NCBI GenBank assembly: GCA_024696885.1 | Contig: JAILGI010000003.1 | Location: forward strand, 8,897 to 72,896 | Reading direction: 5' to 3' | DNA: 64,000 nt | Source: Bacilli bacterium | GTDB lineage: Bacteria; Bacillota_I; Bacilli_A; RFN20; CAG-826 | Part shown: one piece after another, positions 19,581-29,713 of the stretch | How the letters are laid out: every line of letters begins with the position of its first letter | How positions within the stretch are numbered: position 1 is the stretch's first letter | Program-made: the position numbers and the translations under genes | Notes under the pieces: model-generated | What the model saw: the letters and a program-made list of their open reading frames with translations, nothing else | What the model was told of the DNA's origin: nothing | The model's database searches: none

Positions 19581-21773
19581 TTATTTTTTAAATTTTTTTG
19601 GTCCTTTGAAGGATTTATCAGGACGGGCTTGGTGTTCCATACGGAATTCTTCACCTTCTGGTTTTTCCAAGAATTCTTTATGGGAAACTTTCACTTTGCC
19701 TTTTTCATCGATTTCGATGACTCTGACTTTAATCTTGTCACCGACTTTGACGACATCACTGGCTTTATCGATGTAACCCCAACCTAATCTGGAGACATGG
19801 CACAAGCCATCGACATCACCGAATAAGTGGACGAAGGCACCATAGTCTTCAACGCGGGTAACTTCACCGACGAATTCTTCACCGACTTTGGCTTCTCTCA
19901 CGATGTCGAGAATGATAGCTTTGGCTTTATTGATGATTTCTCTATCCATGTGGTAAATAGTGACTTGACCATCATCTTCGATATCAATCTTCACGTTATC
20001 GCATTTAGCAATAATGTCATTGATAATCTTGCCACCGGTACCGATAACTTCTCTGATCTTGTCTGGATCGATTTTGAAGGTATCCATCTTAGGAGCGTAT
20101 TTGCCAACATCTGGGCGTGGTTCGGAAATGGCTTTAGCCATAACTTCTCTAATTTGCGCTCTTGCGACATGAGCTTGGGCTAAGGCTTTCTTTAAAACAT
20201 CACGGGTAACACCTTTGATTTTGATATCCATTTGTAAGGCGGTAATACCTTTTTCAGTACCTGCGACTTTGAAGTCCATATCGCCGAAGTGATCTTCTAA
20301 ACCTTGTATATCAGTAAGAATGGTATATGGGTGGTCATCATCTAATGGACCAGAGCTAATTAAGCCCATGGCAATACCACTGACCATTGCTTTAATTGGG
20401 ACACCTGCCGCCATTAAGGACATACAGGAAGCACAAATACTAGCTTGAGAGGAGGAACCGTTACTTTCCACGACTTCCGCCACTGTTCTAATAGTGTATG
20501 GGAATTCTTCTTCACTAGGAATAACATAGCTTAAAGCTCTTTCACCTAGTGCACCATGACCGATTTCTCTTCTGCCTGGGGAGCCCATTCTACCAACTTC
20601 ACCAACGGAATATGGTGGGAAGTTATAATGATGCATCCAGTGTCTAGTTTCTTCTGGTGTTAAGTTATCGATGATTTGTTCATCGGATTTAGCACCTAAT
20701 GTGGTAACGGAGATGACTTGTGTTTGACCACGTGTGAACATGGCAGAACCATGGGTTCTTGGTAATAAATCGATTTGGGCATCTAATGGACGGATTTCAT
20801 CGACTTTACGACCATCTGGTCTGATCTTCTCATCTGTGATGAGACGTCTAACTTCTTTTGCCACTAAAGCTTCTAAAGTTTCATTGACCATGTGCATCAC
20901 TTTTTGATGGGTCTTTTCATCTTCGTATTTACGGCTATCGTAATCATCTAAGATTTCATCTTCGATAGCGTCAATAGCTCTTTGTCTTTCTAATTTATCA
21001 AAGATAGAGATGGCTTTTTTAAGTCTTTCTTCTGCTCTATCGGTGACATCTTTTTCAATGACAGGATCGCATTGATATAATTCGATTTCACGTTTGGCAA
21101 CACCGATTTCTTTAATGATTTCTTCTTGCCAAGCGCATAATTTTTTGATTGCTTCATGACCGAACATTAAGGCATCAAGCATGGTGTCTTCATCTAATTG
21201 ATCCGCACCTGCTTCCACCATGTTAATGGCTTCTTTGGTACCAGCAACTGTTAAGTTTAAGTCGCTAGCTTCTTTTTCTGCCACTGTTGGGTTGATGATA
21301 AATTGACCGTTAACTCTACCAACTTGAACGCCAGCGATAGGACCATCAAATGGAATGTTGGAAATGCCTAATGCTAAGGAAGAACCTAACATAGCGGTCA
21401 TTTCTGGTGTGCAGTCTTGGTCAACGGACATGACTGTGTTAACGATTTGGACTTCGTTTCTGAAACCTTCAGAGAACATTGGTCTAATTGGGCGATCGAT
21501 TAATCGCGCTGTTAATGTGGCGTGTTCACCTGCTCTACCTTCTCTTCTTAAGAATGAGCCAGGGATTTTGCCAACTGCGTATTGCTTTTCTTCATAACCA
21601 ACTGTTAATGGGAAGAAATCGCCTTCTTTAGGCTCATCGGAGCAACACGCTGTGGAAAGAACGACTGTTTCGTTTAATCTCACTAAGACGGCACCATCGG
21701 CTTGTTTAGCGATTTCACCGGCTTCAACAACGAACTTCTTTCCTTCGAACTCTAATTCGAATACTCTTTTCAT
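19581..21773 (-). CDS. pnp: Polyribonucleotide nucleotidyltransferase (PNPase)
   Basis: 730 aa with two RNase PH domains, KH and S1 domains. GC-rich codon usage typical of highly expressed genes. Confidence 0.97.
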   Translation of the reverse strand: MKRVFELEFEGKKFVVEAGEIAKQADGAVLVRLNETVVLSTACCSDEPKEGDFFPLTVGYEEKQYAVGKIPGSFLRREGRAGEHATLTARLIDRPIRPMFSEGFRNEVQIVNTVMSVDQDCTPEMTAMLGSSLALGISNIPFDGPIAGVQVGRVNGQFIINPTVAEKEASDLNLTVAGTKEAINMVEAGADQLDEDTMLDALMFGHEAIKKLCAWQEEIIKEIGVAKREIELYQCDPVIEKDVTDRAEERLKKAISIFDKLERQRAIDAIEDEILDDYDSRKYEDEKTHQKVMHMVNETLEALVAKEVRRLITDEKIRPDGRKVDEIRPLDAQIDLLPRTHGSAMFTRGQTQVISVTTLGAKSDEQIIDNLTPEETRHWMHHYNFPPYSVGEVGRMGSPGRREIGHGALGERALSYVIPSEEEFPYTIRTVAEVVESNGSSSQASICASCMSLMAAGVPIKAMVSGIAMGLISSGPLDDDHPYTILTDIQGLEDHFGDMDFKVAGTEKGITALQMDIKIKGVTRDVLKKALAQAHVARAQIREVMAKAISEPRPDVGKYAPKMDTFKIDPDKIREVIGTGGKIINDIIAKCDNVKIDIEDDGQVTIYHMDREIINKAKAIILDIVREAKVGEEFVGEVTRVEDYGAFVHLFGDVDGLCHVSRLGWGYIDKASDVVKVGDKIKVRVIEIDEKGKVKVSHKEFLEKPEGEEFRMEHQARPDKSFKGPKKFKK

Positions 21774-21856
21774 TTTTTACCTCTTTTTTTAAATTTATAC
21801 GTCACTATTATATATGATATATAAAACTATTCAAAGAAAAGTTTTATAAATACAAA

Positions 21857-21886
21857 AAAAGCCATCGATTGATGGCCATTTTCTTC
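21857..21886 (-). terminator. Intrinsic terminator after rpsO (rpsO-pnp intergenic)
   Basis: Transcript hairpin GCCAUCAAUCGAUGGC followed by UUUUUUU. Confidence 0.8.
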
Positions 21887-21896
21887 ATTGGACGAA

Positions 21897-22166
21897 TTAT
21901 TTACGTAATCCGAGATCAACGATAAGTTTAAGATATGCTTCTCTATCGGTCTTTAAGAGGTAGTTTAATAAGCTACGACGTTGTCCGACAAGAATCAACA
22001 AACTGCGCTTGCTATTCGCATCTTTGTGATTAGCTTTTAAGTGCGCTGTTAGAGCGGTAATTTGTTCGGTTAATAAGGCAACTTGCACTTGAACAGAACC
22101 AGTGTCTTTTTCGTTTTTACCGAATTTTTTGACGATTTCCGCTTTTCTTTCCTTGGTTAATGCCAT
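21897..22166 (-). CDS. rpsO: 30S ribosomal protein S15
   Basis: MALTKERKAEIVKKFG... classic S15. Start set at the ATG at 22166 because an AGGAGG ribosome-binding site lies 7 nt upstream. The track TTG at 22184 falls inside that site. Confidence 0.93.
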   Translation of the reverse strand: MALTKERKAEIVKKFGKNEKDTGSVQVQVALLTEQITALTAHLKANHKDANSKRSLLILVGQRRSLLNYLLKTDREAYLKLIVDLGLRK

Positions 22167-22287
22167 GGGGAATCCTCCTAACAAAATTTCTTAACTTAGA
22201 CTCGGTGAATCGTTGAGGAATCGATAGACTGGGTCAAAGTCGCTAGTAGTATATTATATTTTTATATAAAATATGGCAACACTTTTT

Positions 22288-23193
22288 TTACTTTAAATAC
22301 TTAATTGCTGCTTTTTTATCGCTTTCTAGTTGCGTTTTTAACGCATCAAGACTATCAAATGTTTTTTCATCGCGGTGGTAATGGATTAATTCCAAGAAGA
22401 TGTCTTTTCCATATAAATAACCATTGAAATCGATGATGTGTACTTCAATGATCGGTTTTTCTAACCTCATTATCGTTGGATGAGTGCCAACAGAAACGAT
22501 AGCTTTATACTTATCACCATAGACATAAGCATAGCCAAAATAGACACCACTTTTTGGGAAAGCATAAGGATAATCTAATTTAAGATTAGCGGTTGGAAAA
22601 TCGATCTTTTTGCCGTTATGTTTTCCTTCCACGACTAGTCCATTTAATCGATATGGACGTCCTAATAATTCGTTAGCGTCCTCGATTTTTCCTTTTTCAA
22701 TTAAGACAGATATATCACGTGAAGAAACCTTTTTATTGTCCTTTTTTACTAAAGGAATAATGGTTGTATCGAAAAAATATGAGAGATATACACCATTTCC
22801 CTCTCCACGAACACCAAATGTGTAGTCTTCACCACAATAGATTTTCTTGGGGTTAATGGCTTTGATGACGTTATCGATAAATTCATCTTTTGTTAATTCC
22901 GCGACTGATAAATCAAAATGCATAATGAGGAAATAATCGATTCCTAATTCCTCTAATATTTCTGCCTTATCGCTCACGGATGTAAGGTAATGATTTTCTT
23001 TAATATTTCCTAATACAAAAGCGGGTGTTTCATCGAATGTTAATAGACCAACTTTATAACCTTCATTTCGCGCTTTTTGGATCATTTCTTTGTGGCCTAA
23101 ATGAATGCCATCAAAAAAACCGAGGCATAAGGTTATTTCCTCTTCGATTTTGGGAATTATAGGATAATCAAATTGATATATTTTCATTACCAC
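22288..23193 (-). CDS. ribF: Bifunctional riboflavin kinase / FMN adenylyltransferase
   Basis: N-terminal FAD synthetase HxGH-like region (GFFDGIHLGH) and C-terminal riboflavin kinase (PTANL, GxY). Confidence 0.93.
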   Translation of the reverse strand: MVMKIYQFDYPIIPKIEEEITLCLGFFDGIHLGHKEMIQKARNEGYKVGLLTFDETPAFVLGNIKENHYLTSVSDKAEILEELGIDYFLIMHFDLSVAELTKDEFIDNVIKAINPKKIYCGEDYTFGVRGEGNGVYLSYFFDTTIIPLVKKDNKKVSSRDISVLIEKGKIEDANELLGRPYRLNGLVVEGKHNGKKIDFPTANLKLDYPYAFPKSGVYFGYAYVYGDKYKAIVSVGTHPTIMRLEKPIIEVHIIDFNGYLYGKDIFLELIHYHRDEKTFDSLDALKTQLESDKKAAIKYLK

Positions 23194-24047
23194 AAACCTC
23201 TAATAGGAGCGTAAATCCCTTCTTTAATTAAATTATACACCGCTAAAGCCTTTTCTTCATTATCTAAACGATAGGTTAATAAAACCGTTTTTTCTAAGCT
23301 ATTTAAGACTATTTGTTTTCCTTGATAAACATCTTTAATTAATTGTTCATCTTCAAGCAAAATATGAGGATATTGAATCCCTTTACATACATCTAAAACA
23401 TTTTCTTCTTTGATGTCTTTAATCTCTTTTGCTTCATTTAGCGTGAAAATGTCTCCAATCTTAATTCTAGATAAAGAAATGAGATGCCCAACAGTGTTTA
23501 ATTTTACTGCGATATCTTCGCCTAATGTTCTCACATATGTTCCTTTGGAACATTTAACTTCGAATTTGATAATGCTGTCTTTGAATTCAAGAAGTTTTAA
23601 AGAATGAATATGGATACTTCTTGGTTTACGTTCCACTTCAATATTAGAATGTGCTAAATCATAAAGTCTTTTCCCGTTTATGTGGATTGCACTAGTCATT
23701 GGCGGGATTTGTTTGCTTTCCCCTAAAAATGACTCAAAAACTTTATTGATTTCTTCCTTTGAAATAGAGGGAATATCTTTCTTTTCCACCACTTCACTAG
23801 TCAAATCTCCACTATTTGTTTTTATTCCAAGGAATAATTCAGCGATATAAGTTTTATCCTCATCATAGAGGTAAGGAAGTGCTTTACAACCCTTATTAAT
23901 AGCGACAATTAAGAGGCCCGTCGCAAAGGGATCTAAAGTGCCTAGATGACCGACCTTTTTAATATGAAAAAGGCGTTGAATTTGATTATCAACGCTTCTT
24001 GAAGTCATACCTTTTTCTTTATTTATGAGAATGATTCCGTCTTTCAT
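23187..24047 (-). CDS. truB: tRNA pseudouridine(55) synthase
   Basis: GHLGTLDPFATGLL catalytic-Asp motif. Conserved position between rbfA and ribF. Confidence 0.93.
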   Translation of the reverse strand: MKDGIILINKEKGMTSRSVDNQIQRLFHIKKVGHLGTLDPFATGLLIVAINKGCKALPYLYDEDKTYIAELFLGIKTNSGDLTSEVVEKKDIPSISKEEINKVFESFLGESKQIPPMTSAIHINGKRLYDLAHSNIEVERKPRSIHIHSLKLLEFKDSIIKFEVKCSKGTYVRTLGEDIAVKLNTVGHLISLSRIKIGDIFTLNEAKEIKDIKEENVLDVCKGIQYPHILLEDEQLIKDVYQGKQIVLNSLEKTVLLTYRLDNEEKALAVYNLIKEGIYAPIRGLW

Positions 24048-24067
24048 AAACGCTTGGAAACATTAAC

Positions 24068-24397
24068 CTATTTTTTGTTTAATAGTTCACTGATTCTTTC
24101 TTCTTTTTTATAGCCTTCATCCAAAACGAAGACGAGTTCTGGACAGCGGCGGGTATCCATCTTTTTAGCTAAGGAAGAACGGATGAATCCTTTGGAGTGT
24201 TCCAATACTTCCATGCCTTCTTTTATTTCTTTTTCATTAATGAAGGAAACATAGACTTTCGCGTAAGAAAAGTCTTTGCTGACTCTCACTTCAGGAATGG
24301 AGACAAATCCAAGGTGTGGATTCTTTAATTCGATTTGAATGATTTCAGCGATGTTTTTACGGATAATAGTTGCAATTCTTTCTTGTTTATTCGCCAT
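24068..24397 (-). CDS. rbfA: Ribosome-binding factor A
   Basis: 109 aa KH-like protein. Conserved position after infB. Confidence 0.9.
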   Translation of the reverse strand: MANKQERIATIIRKNIAEIIQIELKNPHLGFVSIPEVRVSKDFSYAKVYVSFINEKEIKEGMEVLEHSKGFIRSSLAKKMDTRRCPELVFVLDEGYKKEERISELLNKK

Positions 24398-24399
24398 AA

Positions 24400-26238
24400 C
24401 TATTTCTCTTCAACACTTTCGAATCCTTCGATAATGTCGCCTTCTTTAATATCATTAAAGTTTTCGACGAGCATACCGCATTCATAACCGTTTTTCACTT
24501 CTTTAACGGTGTCTTTTTCTCTTTGTAAGGATGCAAGTTTACCTTCGTAAACAACAATACCATCACGGATGACACGGACACCACTGGTGGCTTTAATAGA
24601 ACCTTCGATGACCATACAGCCAGCAATTGTACCTAATTTAGACACTTTAAAGAGTTTTCTGATTTCCGCTTGACCAGTCACTTTCTCCACGAATGTTGGA
24701 GCAAGCATACCTTTCATCGCCGCTTGAATTTCTTCAATTAAAGCGTAGATGATACGGTGTAATCTGATTTCAATCTTTTCTTCTGCCGCTTTTGCTCTTG
24801 TTCTTGCATCAGGACGGACATTGAAACCGTAAATGATGGCGTGAGAGGCACTAGCGAGAAGAACATCACTTTCAGTGATGGCACCACTCGTGGCTCTAAC
24901 GATATTAATTTTAATATCATCTGTACTTAATTTTTCTAAAGACGCTTTGACGGCTTCCGCACTACCGGTGCTATCCGCTTTAATGATGATATTGATATTT
25001 TGCCTTTGACCTTCTTTGGCCTTATTGAATAAATCTTCTAAAGAAGCAGCGCTTGATGCGTTTCTTTCCTTTTGTTCTTTGATTAATTTACGTTTAGTGG
25101 CGATAGCTCTGGCTTCGCTTTCTTCGGAGAACGCCATAAAGCGATCACCGGCTTGAGGAACTTCACCTAAACCAATAACGGAGACTGGTGTACTTGGCGT
25201 CGCTTCATTTAAGACTTTACGATATTCGTTAGTCATTCTTCTGGCTTTACCATAAGAGGTACCCACAACGAGATAATCGCCTTCTTTTAAGGTGCCGTTT
25301 TGAATTAATAATGTCGCTTTCGGACCTTCGTTTTTATCGAGTTTAGCCTCTAAGACTGTGCCTAAAGCATAACGGTCTGGATTGGCTTTTAATTCTTTTA
25401 ATTCAGCGACTAAAAGAATGGCTTCAAGGATACCATCGATATTCTTTTTCTGCTTTGCAGAAATTTCCACACAGATAGCGTCACCACCGAATTCTTCGGC
25501 GATAACATCATGTTGCATTAATTCCTGTTTAACTCTATCGGCATTAGCGCCTGGTTTATCCATTTTATTGATGGCAACAATAATTGGGACGTTGGCGGCT
25601 TTGGCGTGGTCGATAGCTTCAATTGTTTGAGGCATAACACCATCGTCCGCGGCAACCACTAAAACGACAATATCGGTGACAGAGGCACCTCTTGCTCTCA
25701 TCGCGGTGAAAGCTTCGTGTCCAGGAGTGTCAATAAAGGTAATCTTTTCGCCTTTGAATTCCTTTTGATAAGCACCGATTTCTTGAGAGATACCACCAAA
25801 TTCGCCTTCGACGAGGTTAGAGTTTCTAATGGCATCGATTAATGTGGTTTTACCATGGTCAACGTGACCCATAATGGTGACAACCGCTGGACGAAGTTTG
25901 AGTTTGGATTCATCATCTTTAATCTCTAAATCTTCAAAATTTTCCGCGGCAACGATGTTTTTCTTTTCGAAGTCATAACCGAATTCTAAACAGACTAATC
26001 CGATTAATTCATCGTCTAAGATGGTGTTGATAGTCACCATTTTTCCTTGTAGGAAAAGGAATTTGATAATGTCACCTAAAGGTACGTTTAAGGATTTAGC
26101 TAATTCGCCTGTAGATATTGCGCCAGTATAAACAAAGACACCACCATTAACTTTGGTTTTAGTCTTATCAGCACTCACTTTTGTTGAAACGTTAGTTTCG
26201 CGTTGTCCATTAAACGGTTTTTTATTATTTTTTCCCAT
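24400..26238 (-). CDS. infB: Translation initiation factor IF-2 (short N-terminal region)
   Basis: G domain [18 protein letters not shown] and NKMD, plus C-terminal beta-barrels. 612 aa. Confidence 0.97.
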   Translation of the reverse strand: MGKNNKKPFNGQRETNVSTKVSADKTKTKVNGGVFVYTGAISTGELAKSLNVPLGDIIKFLFLQGKMVTINTILDDELIGLVCLEFGYDFEKKNIVAAENFEDLEIKDDESKLKLRPAVVTIMGHVDHGKTTLIDAIRNSNLVEGEFGGISQEIGAYQKEFKGEKITFIDTPGHEAFTAMRARGASVTDIVVLVVAADDGVMPQTIEAIDHAKAANVPIIVAINKMDKPGANADRVKQELMQHDVIAEEFGGDAICVEISAKQKKNIDGILEAILLVAELKELKANPDRYALGTVLEAKLDKNEGPKATLLIQNGTLKEGDYLVVGTSYGKARRMTNEYRKVLNEATPSTPVSVIGLGEVPQAGDRFMAFSEESEARAIATKRKLIKEQKERNASSAASLEDLFNKAKEGQRQNINIIIKADSTGSAEAVKASLEKLSTDDIKINIVRATSGAITESDVLLASASHAIIYGFNVRPDARTRAKAAEEKIEIRLHRIIYALIEEIQAAMKGMLAPTFVEKVTGQAEIRKLFKVSKLGTIAGCMVIEGSIKATSGVRVIRDGIVVYEGKLASLQREKDTVKEVKNGYECGMLVENFNDIKEGDIIEGFESVEEK

Positions 26239-26259
26239 TTATCAACACCTCACTTTCTT

Positions 26260-26514
26260 TTAGCATTTCGCTAATAATTGTTCGTATATTTCTTCCTTTA
26301 CTTCGCACTTTAAGGCGCGCGAGAGAAGTTTTCTTTTTTGAGCAGTTTTAATAGCGTCTATATTTCTAGAAATATAGGCACCTCTACCAGGGATGTGGAC
26401 ATTTTCTTCAATCACAATATCGTCATTAGGAGTTTTGACGATGCGGAAGAGTTCATCCACACTTTTAATAACCCTAGTAGCAATACACATACGACAGAGA
26501 CTATTTTTCGTCAT
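26260..26514 (-). CDS. ylxR: YlxR/RnpM (DUF448) RNA-binding protein
   Basis: The CRMCIATR...IPGRGAYI core matches YlxR. The track N-terminus MKWKKRKNTK... is an out-of-frame read-through over the nusA acidic tail. A likely start at the MTKNSLCRMC Met overlaps nusA by ~14 nt. Confidence 0.75.
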   Translation of the reverse strand: MTKNSLCRMCIATRVIKSVDELFRIVKTPNDDIVIEENVHIPGRGAYISRNIDAIKTAQKRKLLSRALKCEVKEEIYEQLLAKC

Positions 26515-28174
26515 CGTCGTAGTATTCGTCGTATTCATCGTAGTCGACATCTTCTTCATCGACGTCGTCTTCGTATTCTTCCTCTTCTTCCATTTCACGG
26601 AGTTCTTCTTCGGTATAAATGGACATGCGGTTAGCAGGATCGACTTGAGTGGAAGCTAATTTAACTTCTTCCTCTTCGTCCTCTTTCTTCTTACGACTAT
26701 TCTTCTTGAAGTTGGACTTCTTGTTGGATTTGTTGGATTCGCTTTCTAATGTCTTTTCTAAGTCGGATAAGGTTGTTGTAGTCTTAACTTCTTTAACTTC
26801 TTTAGCAACTTCTTCTTTGACTTCTTCTTTAGAAGGTTCTTCCACTTTTTCTTCTTTAACTGGAGCGACTTCCACGACTTCTTCTTCCGCTTTTTCTAAT
26901 AAAGCTTCGTCGATGTCGTTATTATCTTCGTCTTCATAAACGCGTTTATCAGGGGCAACATAGCCTTCTGGTAAACCAGGGAGAACTTCGCCAGCGTGGG
27001 AGACGCTTTGAGAAGCGACTTCTTCTGCGGCTTTCTTTCTTTCAAGAGCTTCTTCTTCAAGAGCTTGTAATTCTTCTAAGCTTTGATATTCAAGACCTTC
27101 GTTTAAAGCATCGGTTTCGGTCTTAATATCGATATCATAACCGGTTAAACGCACCGCTAAACGGGCATTGACACCACGACGGCCAATAGCGAGTGATAAA
27201 GAATCATCTTTCACAACTACTGTGGCTTTCTTTTCTTCTGGATTACAAATAACACCAACAACACGAGCTGGTTTCAAAGCTTCCATGACGTATAAGCCTG
27301 GGTTATCGCTATAAGCGATGATATCAATCTTTTCTTTAGCTTGGCCATTGCCTAATTGTGAAACGATCTTTTGAATTCTGTTACCGTTTTGACCAATACA
27401 TGCACCGGCTGGGTCAATTTGTGGATCTTCAGCGTAAACAGCGACTTTACTTCTTTCGCCAGCTTCACGAGCGATACCTTTAATGATGATAGAACCATCA
27501 TAGATTTCTCTAATTTCTTCATTGAATAAGACTTCAAGGAAACCTGTACCTGCACGGGTAACGACGATATGAGCGGAATTGCCTTTAGAACCGCTTTCCA
27601 CGGATTGGACAAATAAACGAATATCACTACCAACAGTGAATTTTTCATCACCAATCATTTCTTTACGTGGAAGATAGACACTTGTTCTACCAATGTTGAC
27701 TTGGCAGCCTTTTTCATCGGCTTTTTCCACTTTACCAGTAATCATGGTGTTGATTTTGTCTTTGAACATTTCATAAAGGACTGCTTTTTCAGCTTCTGCA
27801 AACTTTTGTTTGAGAATGCTCTTGATGCTGTTAGCAGTGGCTTTTCTTAATGTTTCGATGGAAGCGTCAATATAGAATTTATCGCCTCTAATTTGACCTT
27901 TGCCTTCTTTTTCTAATTCTTTGGCGTCTTCAGGGGAAACTTGTAAAAAGTCATCTTCAACTTCTTCAACAATGTCTTTGACATTGTACATTTCGATAAT
28001 GCCTTTTTCGTCATCGATTAAAACTTCGACGACAGCGTCATCTCCACCTAATTCTTTGCGATAGCCTCTTTTCATTGCTTCTTCTAAAGCAGAGAGAATC
28101 GTTTCGCGGCTAATGCCTTTGGAGAGTTCAATAGCTTCAATAGCTTCACGGAACTCTTTTGCGTTAATAACCAT
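26501..28174 (-). CDS. nusA: Transcription termination/antitermination factor NusA with a long acidic C-terminal extension
   Basis: NTD, S1, KH1 and KH2 within the first ~350 aa. Then ~200 aa of E/K/D-rich low complexity ending in a poly-acidic tail (...EEYEDDVDEEDVDYDEYDEYYDDDEK). Confidence 0.93.
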   Translation of the reverse strand: MVINAKEFREAIEAIELSKGISRETILSALEEAMKRGYRKELGGDDAVVEVLIDDEKGIIEMYNVKDIVEEVEDDFLQVSPEDAKELEKEGKGQIRGDKFYIDASIETLRKATANSIKSILKQKFAEAEKAVLYEMFKDKINTMITGKVEKADEKGCQVNIGRTSVYLPRKEMIGDEKFTVGSDIRLFVQSVESGSKGNSAHIVVTRAGTGFLEVLFNEEIREIYDGSIIIKGIAREAGERSKVAVYAEDPQIDPAGACIGQNGNRIQKIVSQLGNGQAKEKIDIIAYSDNPGLYVMEALKPARVVGVICNPEEKKATVVVKDDSLSLAIGRRGVNARLAVRLTGYDIDIKTETDALNEGLEYQSLEELQALEEEALERKKAAEEVASQSVSHAGEVLPGLPEGYVAPDKRVYEDEDNNDIDEALLEKAEEEVVEVAPVKEEKVEEPSKEEVKEEVAKEVKEVKTTTTLSDLEKTLESESNKSNKKSNFKKNSRKKKEDEEEEVKLASTQVDPANRMSIYTEEELREMEEEEEYEDDVDEEDVDYDEYDEYYDDDEK

Positions 28175-28189
28175 AATTTTTTACTCCTT

Positions 28190-28684
28190 TTAAAACTTAA
28201 TGGCTAATCTAATTTTTGATATATTTTCTTTTAAAATATCAACAGTTTTAGTTCTTGTTTTTTCTCTATATGATAATGTGATTGATTCATTAGAAACGGA
28301 TACAAGTGTACCTTCATAAATGTTTAATCCATTAATGGGGTTGATAATATGAACGTTGACGTAGCGGTCAACATATTTATCAAGTTCTTCCACTTTTAAT
28401 GGTTTCTCTGCCCCTAGGGATGAAATATCAAGGGTGTAGGCATCTTCGATAGGATTGATTTCATCAATATAAGCATTGAGGTTGTGGGATAACTCCACGA
28501 TGGCATCCATATCGATAGGTTCAACACGATCAACGACGATGGAGAGGGTTTTCTCCCCGTTTGCATGAGAAAGATTGAGGGACACTAATTCGTATCCTAA
28601 GGTTAATAATTTTTCTTTGAGTAGTTCGTTAATTCTTGATAATTCCATAGTCCTAGAAAAACAAAGAGTGGCCATTACGGTCAC
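28190..28684 (-). CDS. rimP: Ribosome maturation factor RimP
   Basis: Conserved position upstream of nusA and RimP-like sequence. The track start is GTG. The real start is probably the internal ATG (MELSRINELL...) 36 nt downstream. Confidence 0.85.
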   Translation of the reverse strand: MTVMATLCFSRTMELSRINELLKEKLLTLGYELVSLNLSHANGEKTLSIVVDRVEPIDMDAIVELSHNLNAYIDEINPIEDAYTLDISSLGAEKPLKVEELDKYVDRYVNVHIINPINGLNIYEGTLVSVSNESITLSYREKTRTKTVDILKENISKIRLAIKF

Positions 28685-28779
28685 TCTTATTCAGAGCTGT
28701 TTTGGTCTTGCGACCATGTGCATATTATCATAAAGACATTTTAATTGTCTATATATTTTTTACAAAAATAATCTAAATT
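28685..28779 (-). promoter_or_regulatory. Promoter and leader of the rimP-nusA-ylxR-infB-rbfA-truB-ribF operon, with a hairpin plus U-tract (candidate attenuator)
   Basis: Minus strand has TTGTAA-16-TAAAAT. The leader contains a GGUCGCAAGACC hairpin and a second hairpin AGAGUGACC-GUAAU-GGCCACUCU followed by UUUGUUUUUC, immediately before the rimP ATG. Confidence 0.5.
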
Positions 28780-29634
28780 CTATTTTTCTAACTCGTTAAG
28801 TTTTTCTTTTGCGAGTTGAAAATCGAGCTTTTTCGCTTGGTTTAGCCAATAAAGCATAAGTTCTTCATTCTTTGGTACATAGATGCCATTTTCGTAATAT
28901 AAAGCGAGGTTATACATCGCTCTTGGATCTTCACTTTTTGCCCCTTGTTGATAAAAATAAAGCGCTCTCGTGGGGTCTTTTTCACATCCTTCTCCTTTGG
29001 AGAACATTGTTCCTAAATAATAGAAACATTCATCATCTCCATCGTTTGCTCCTGATAGCATTAATTCAAAGGCTTTATTGATATCTTTTGCAACGCCTAT
29101 TCCGTTATAGAAGCATAGGGCGATTAAATGATAGGAACTGCGATCACCTAAATCTTTTAATTTAGTAAGGATTTCATAGTATTTACTATCATCTTTTTCC
29201 ACGCCTATTCCTTGGTGATACAAACGAGCTAGAGTTAATAAAGCATTGAAGTTATCTTTTTCGGCGGCTTGTTTGATTAATTCAAACCCTTTTTGTTCAT
29301 CTTTAGATAGACCTAATCCTCTGATATACATAATGCCTAAATTGGTAATAGAGGGGATATCTCCATGACTTATTGCTTGATTATAGTAATGGATAGCCAT
29401 GTCATAATTCTTTTCCGTTCCGATTCCTTTTTCATAGAAATAGGCGAGTTTTCTTTCACATGGTCCATAATAACGGCAAGCACCCTGATAGGCATATTGA
29501 AAAGCTAAGTCATATTTATTCTCTTTTTGATAATAACTACTGACTTCATAAATCGCGGATAGATCACCGTTTTTGGCTTGGTTAATGAAAAAATCTAAAT
29601 CAAAGGTATCCATAGGATAATAATAGCACATCAT
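28780..29634 (-). CDS. Sel1-repeat (TPR-like) protein
   Basis: About seven repeats of the AxxxYxxAAxxGxxxAQxxLGxxY type (YYEKGIGTEKNYDMAIHYYNQA...). Confidence 0.75.
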   Translation of the reverse strand: MMCYYYPMDTFDLDFFINQAKNGDLSAIYEVSSYYQKENKYDLAFQYAYQGACRYYGPCERKLAYFYEKGIGTEKNYDMAIHYYNQAISHGDIPSITNLGIMYIRGLGLSKDEQKGFELIKQAAEKDNFNALLTLARLYHQGIGVEKDDSKYYEILTKLKDLGDRSSYHLIALCFYNGIGVAKDINKAFELMLSGANDGDDECFYYLGTMFSKGEGCEKDPTRALYFYQQGAKSEDPRAMYNLALYYENGIYVPKNEELMLYWLNQAKKLDFQLAKEKLNELEK

Positions 29635-29713
29635 TTTGAAATTAAAAAGAATATTTTATTCTTTTTAAAAATACTATACTAATACACTTCTTTACTGTTG
29701 TATAATCTTAGGT

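Noticed and set aside
26515-26598. N-terminal 28 aa of the annotated 112-aa YlxR ORF (MKWKKRKNTKTTSMKKMSTTMNTTNTTT)
   Set aside because: It is read through the nusA acidic tail in another frame. Conserved YlxR sequence begins at MTKNSLCRMC, so the start was moved to 26514.
26338-26939. Three plus-strand ORFs (98, 88, 96 aa) rich in S/L/T/F
   Set aside because: They are antisense or alternate-frame translations of the repetitive acidic (GAA/GAT-rich) C-terminal tail of nusA and of ylxR. Low-complexity mirror artefacts.
29635-29713. Possible yybP-ykoY manganese riboswitch upstream of mntP
   Set aside because: The intergenic region is only 79 nt and lacks the conserved four-helix core, so it is too short.
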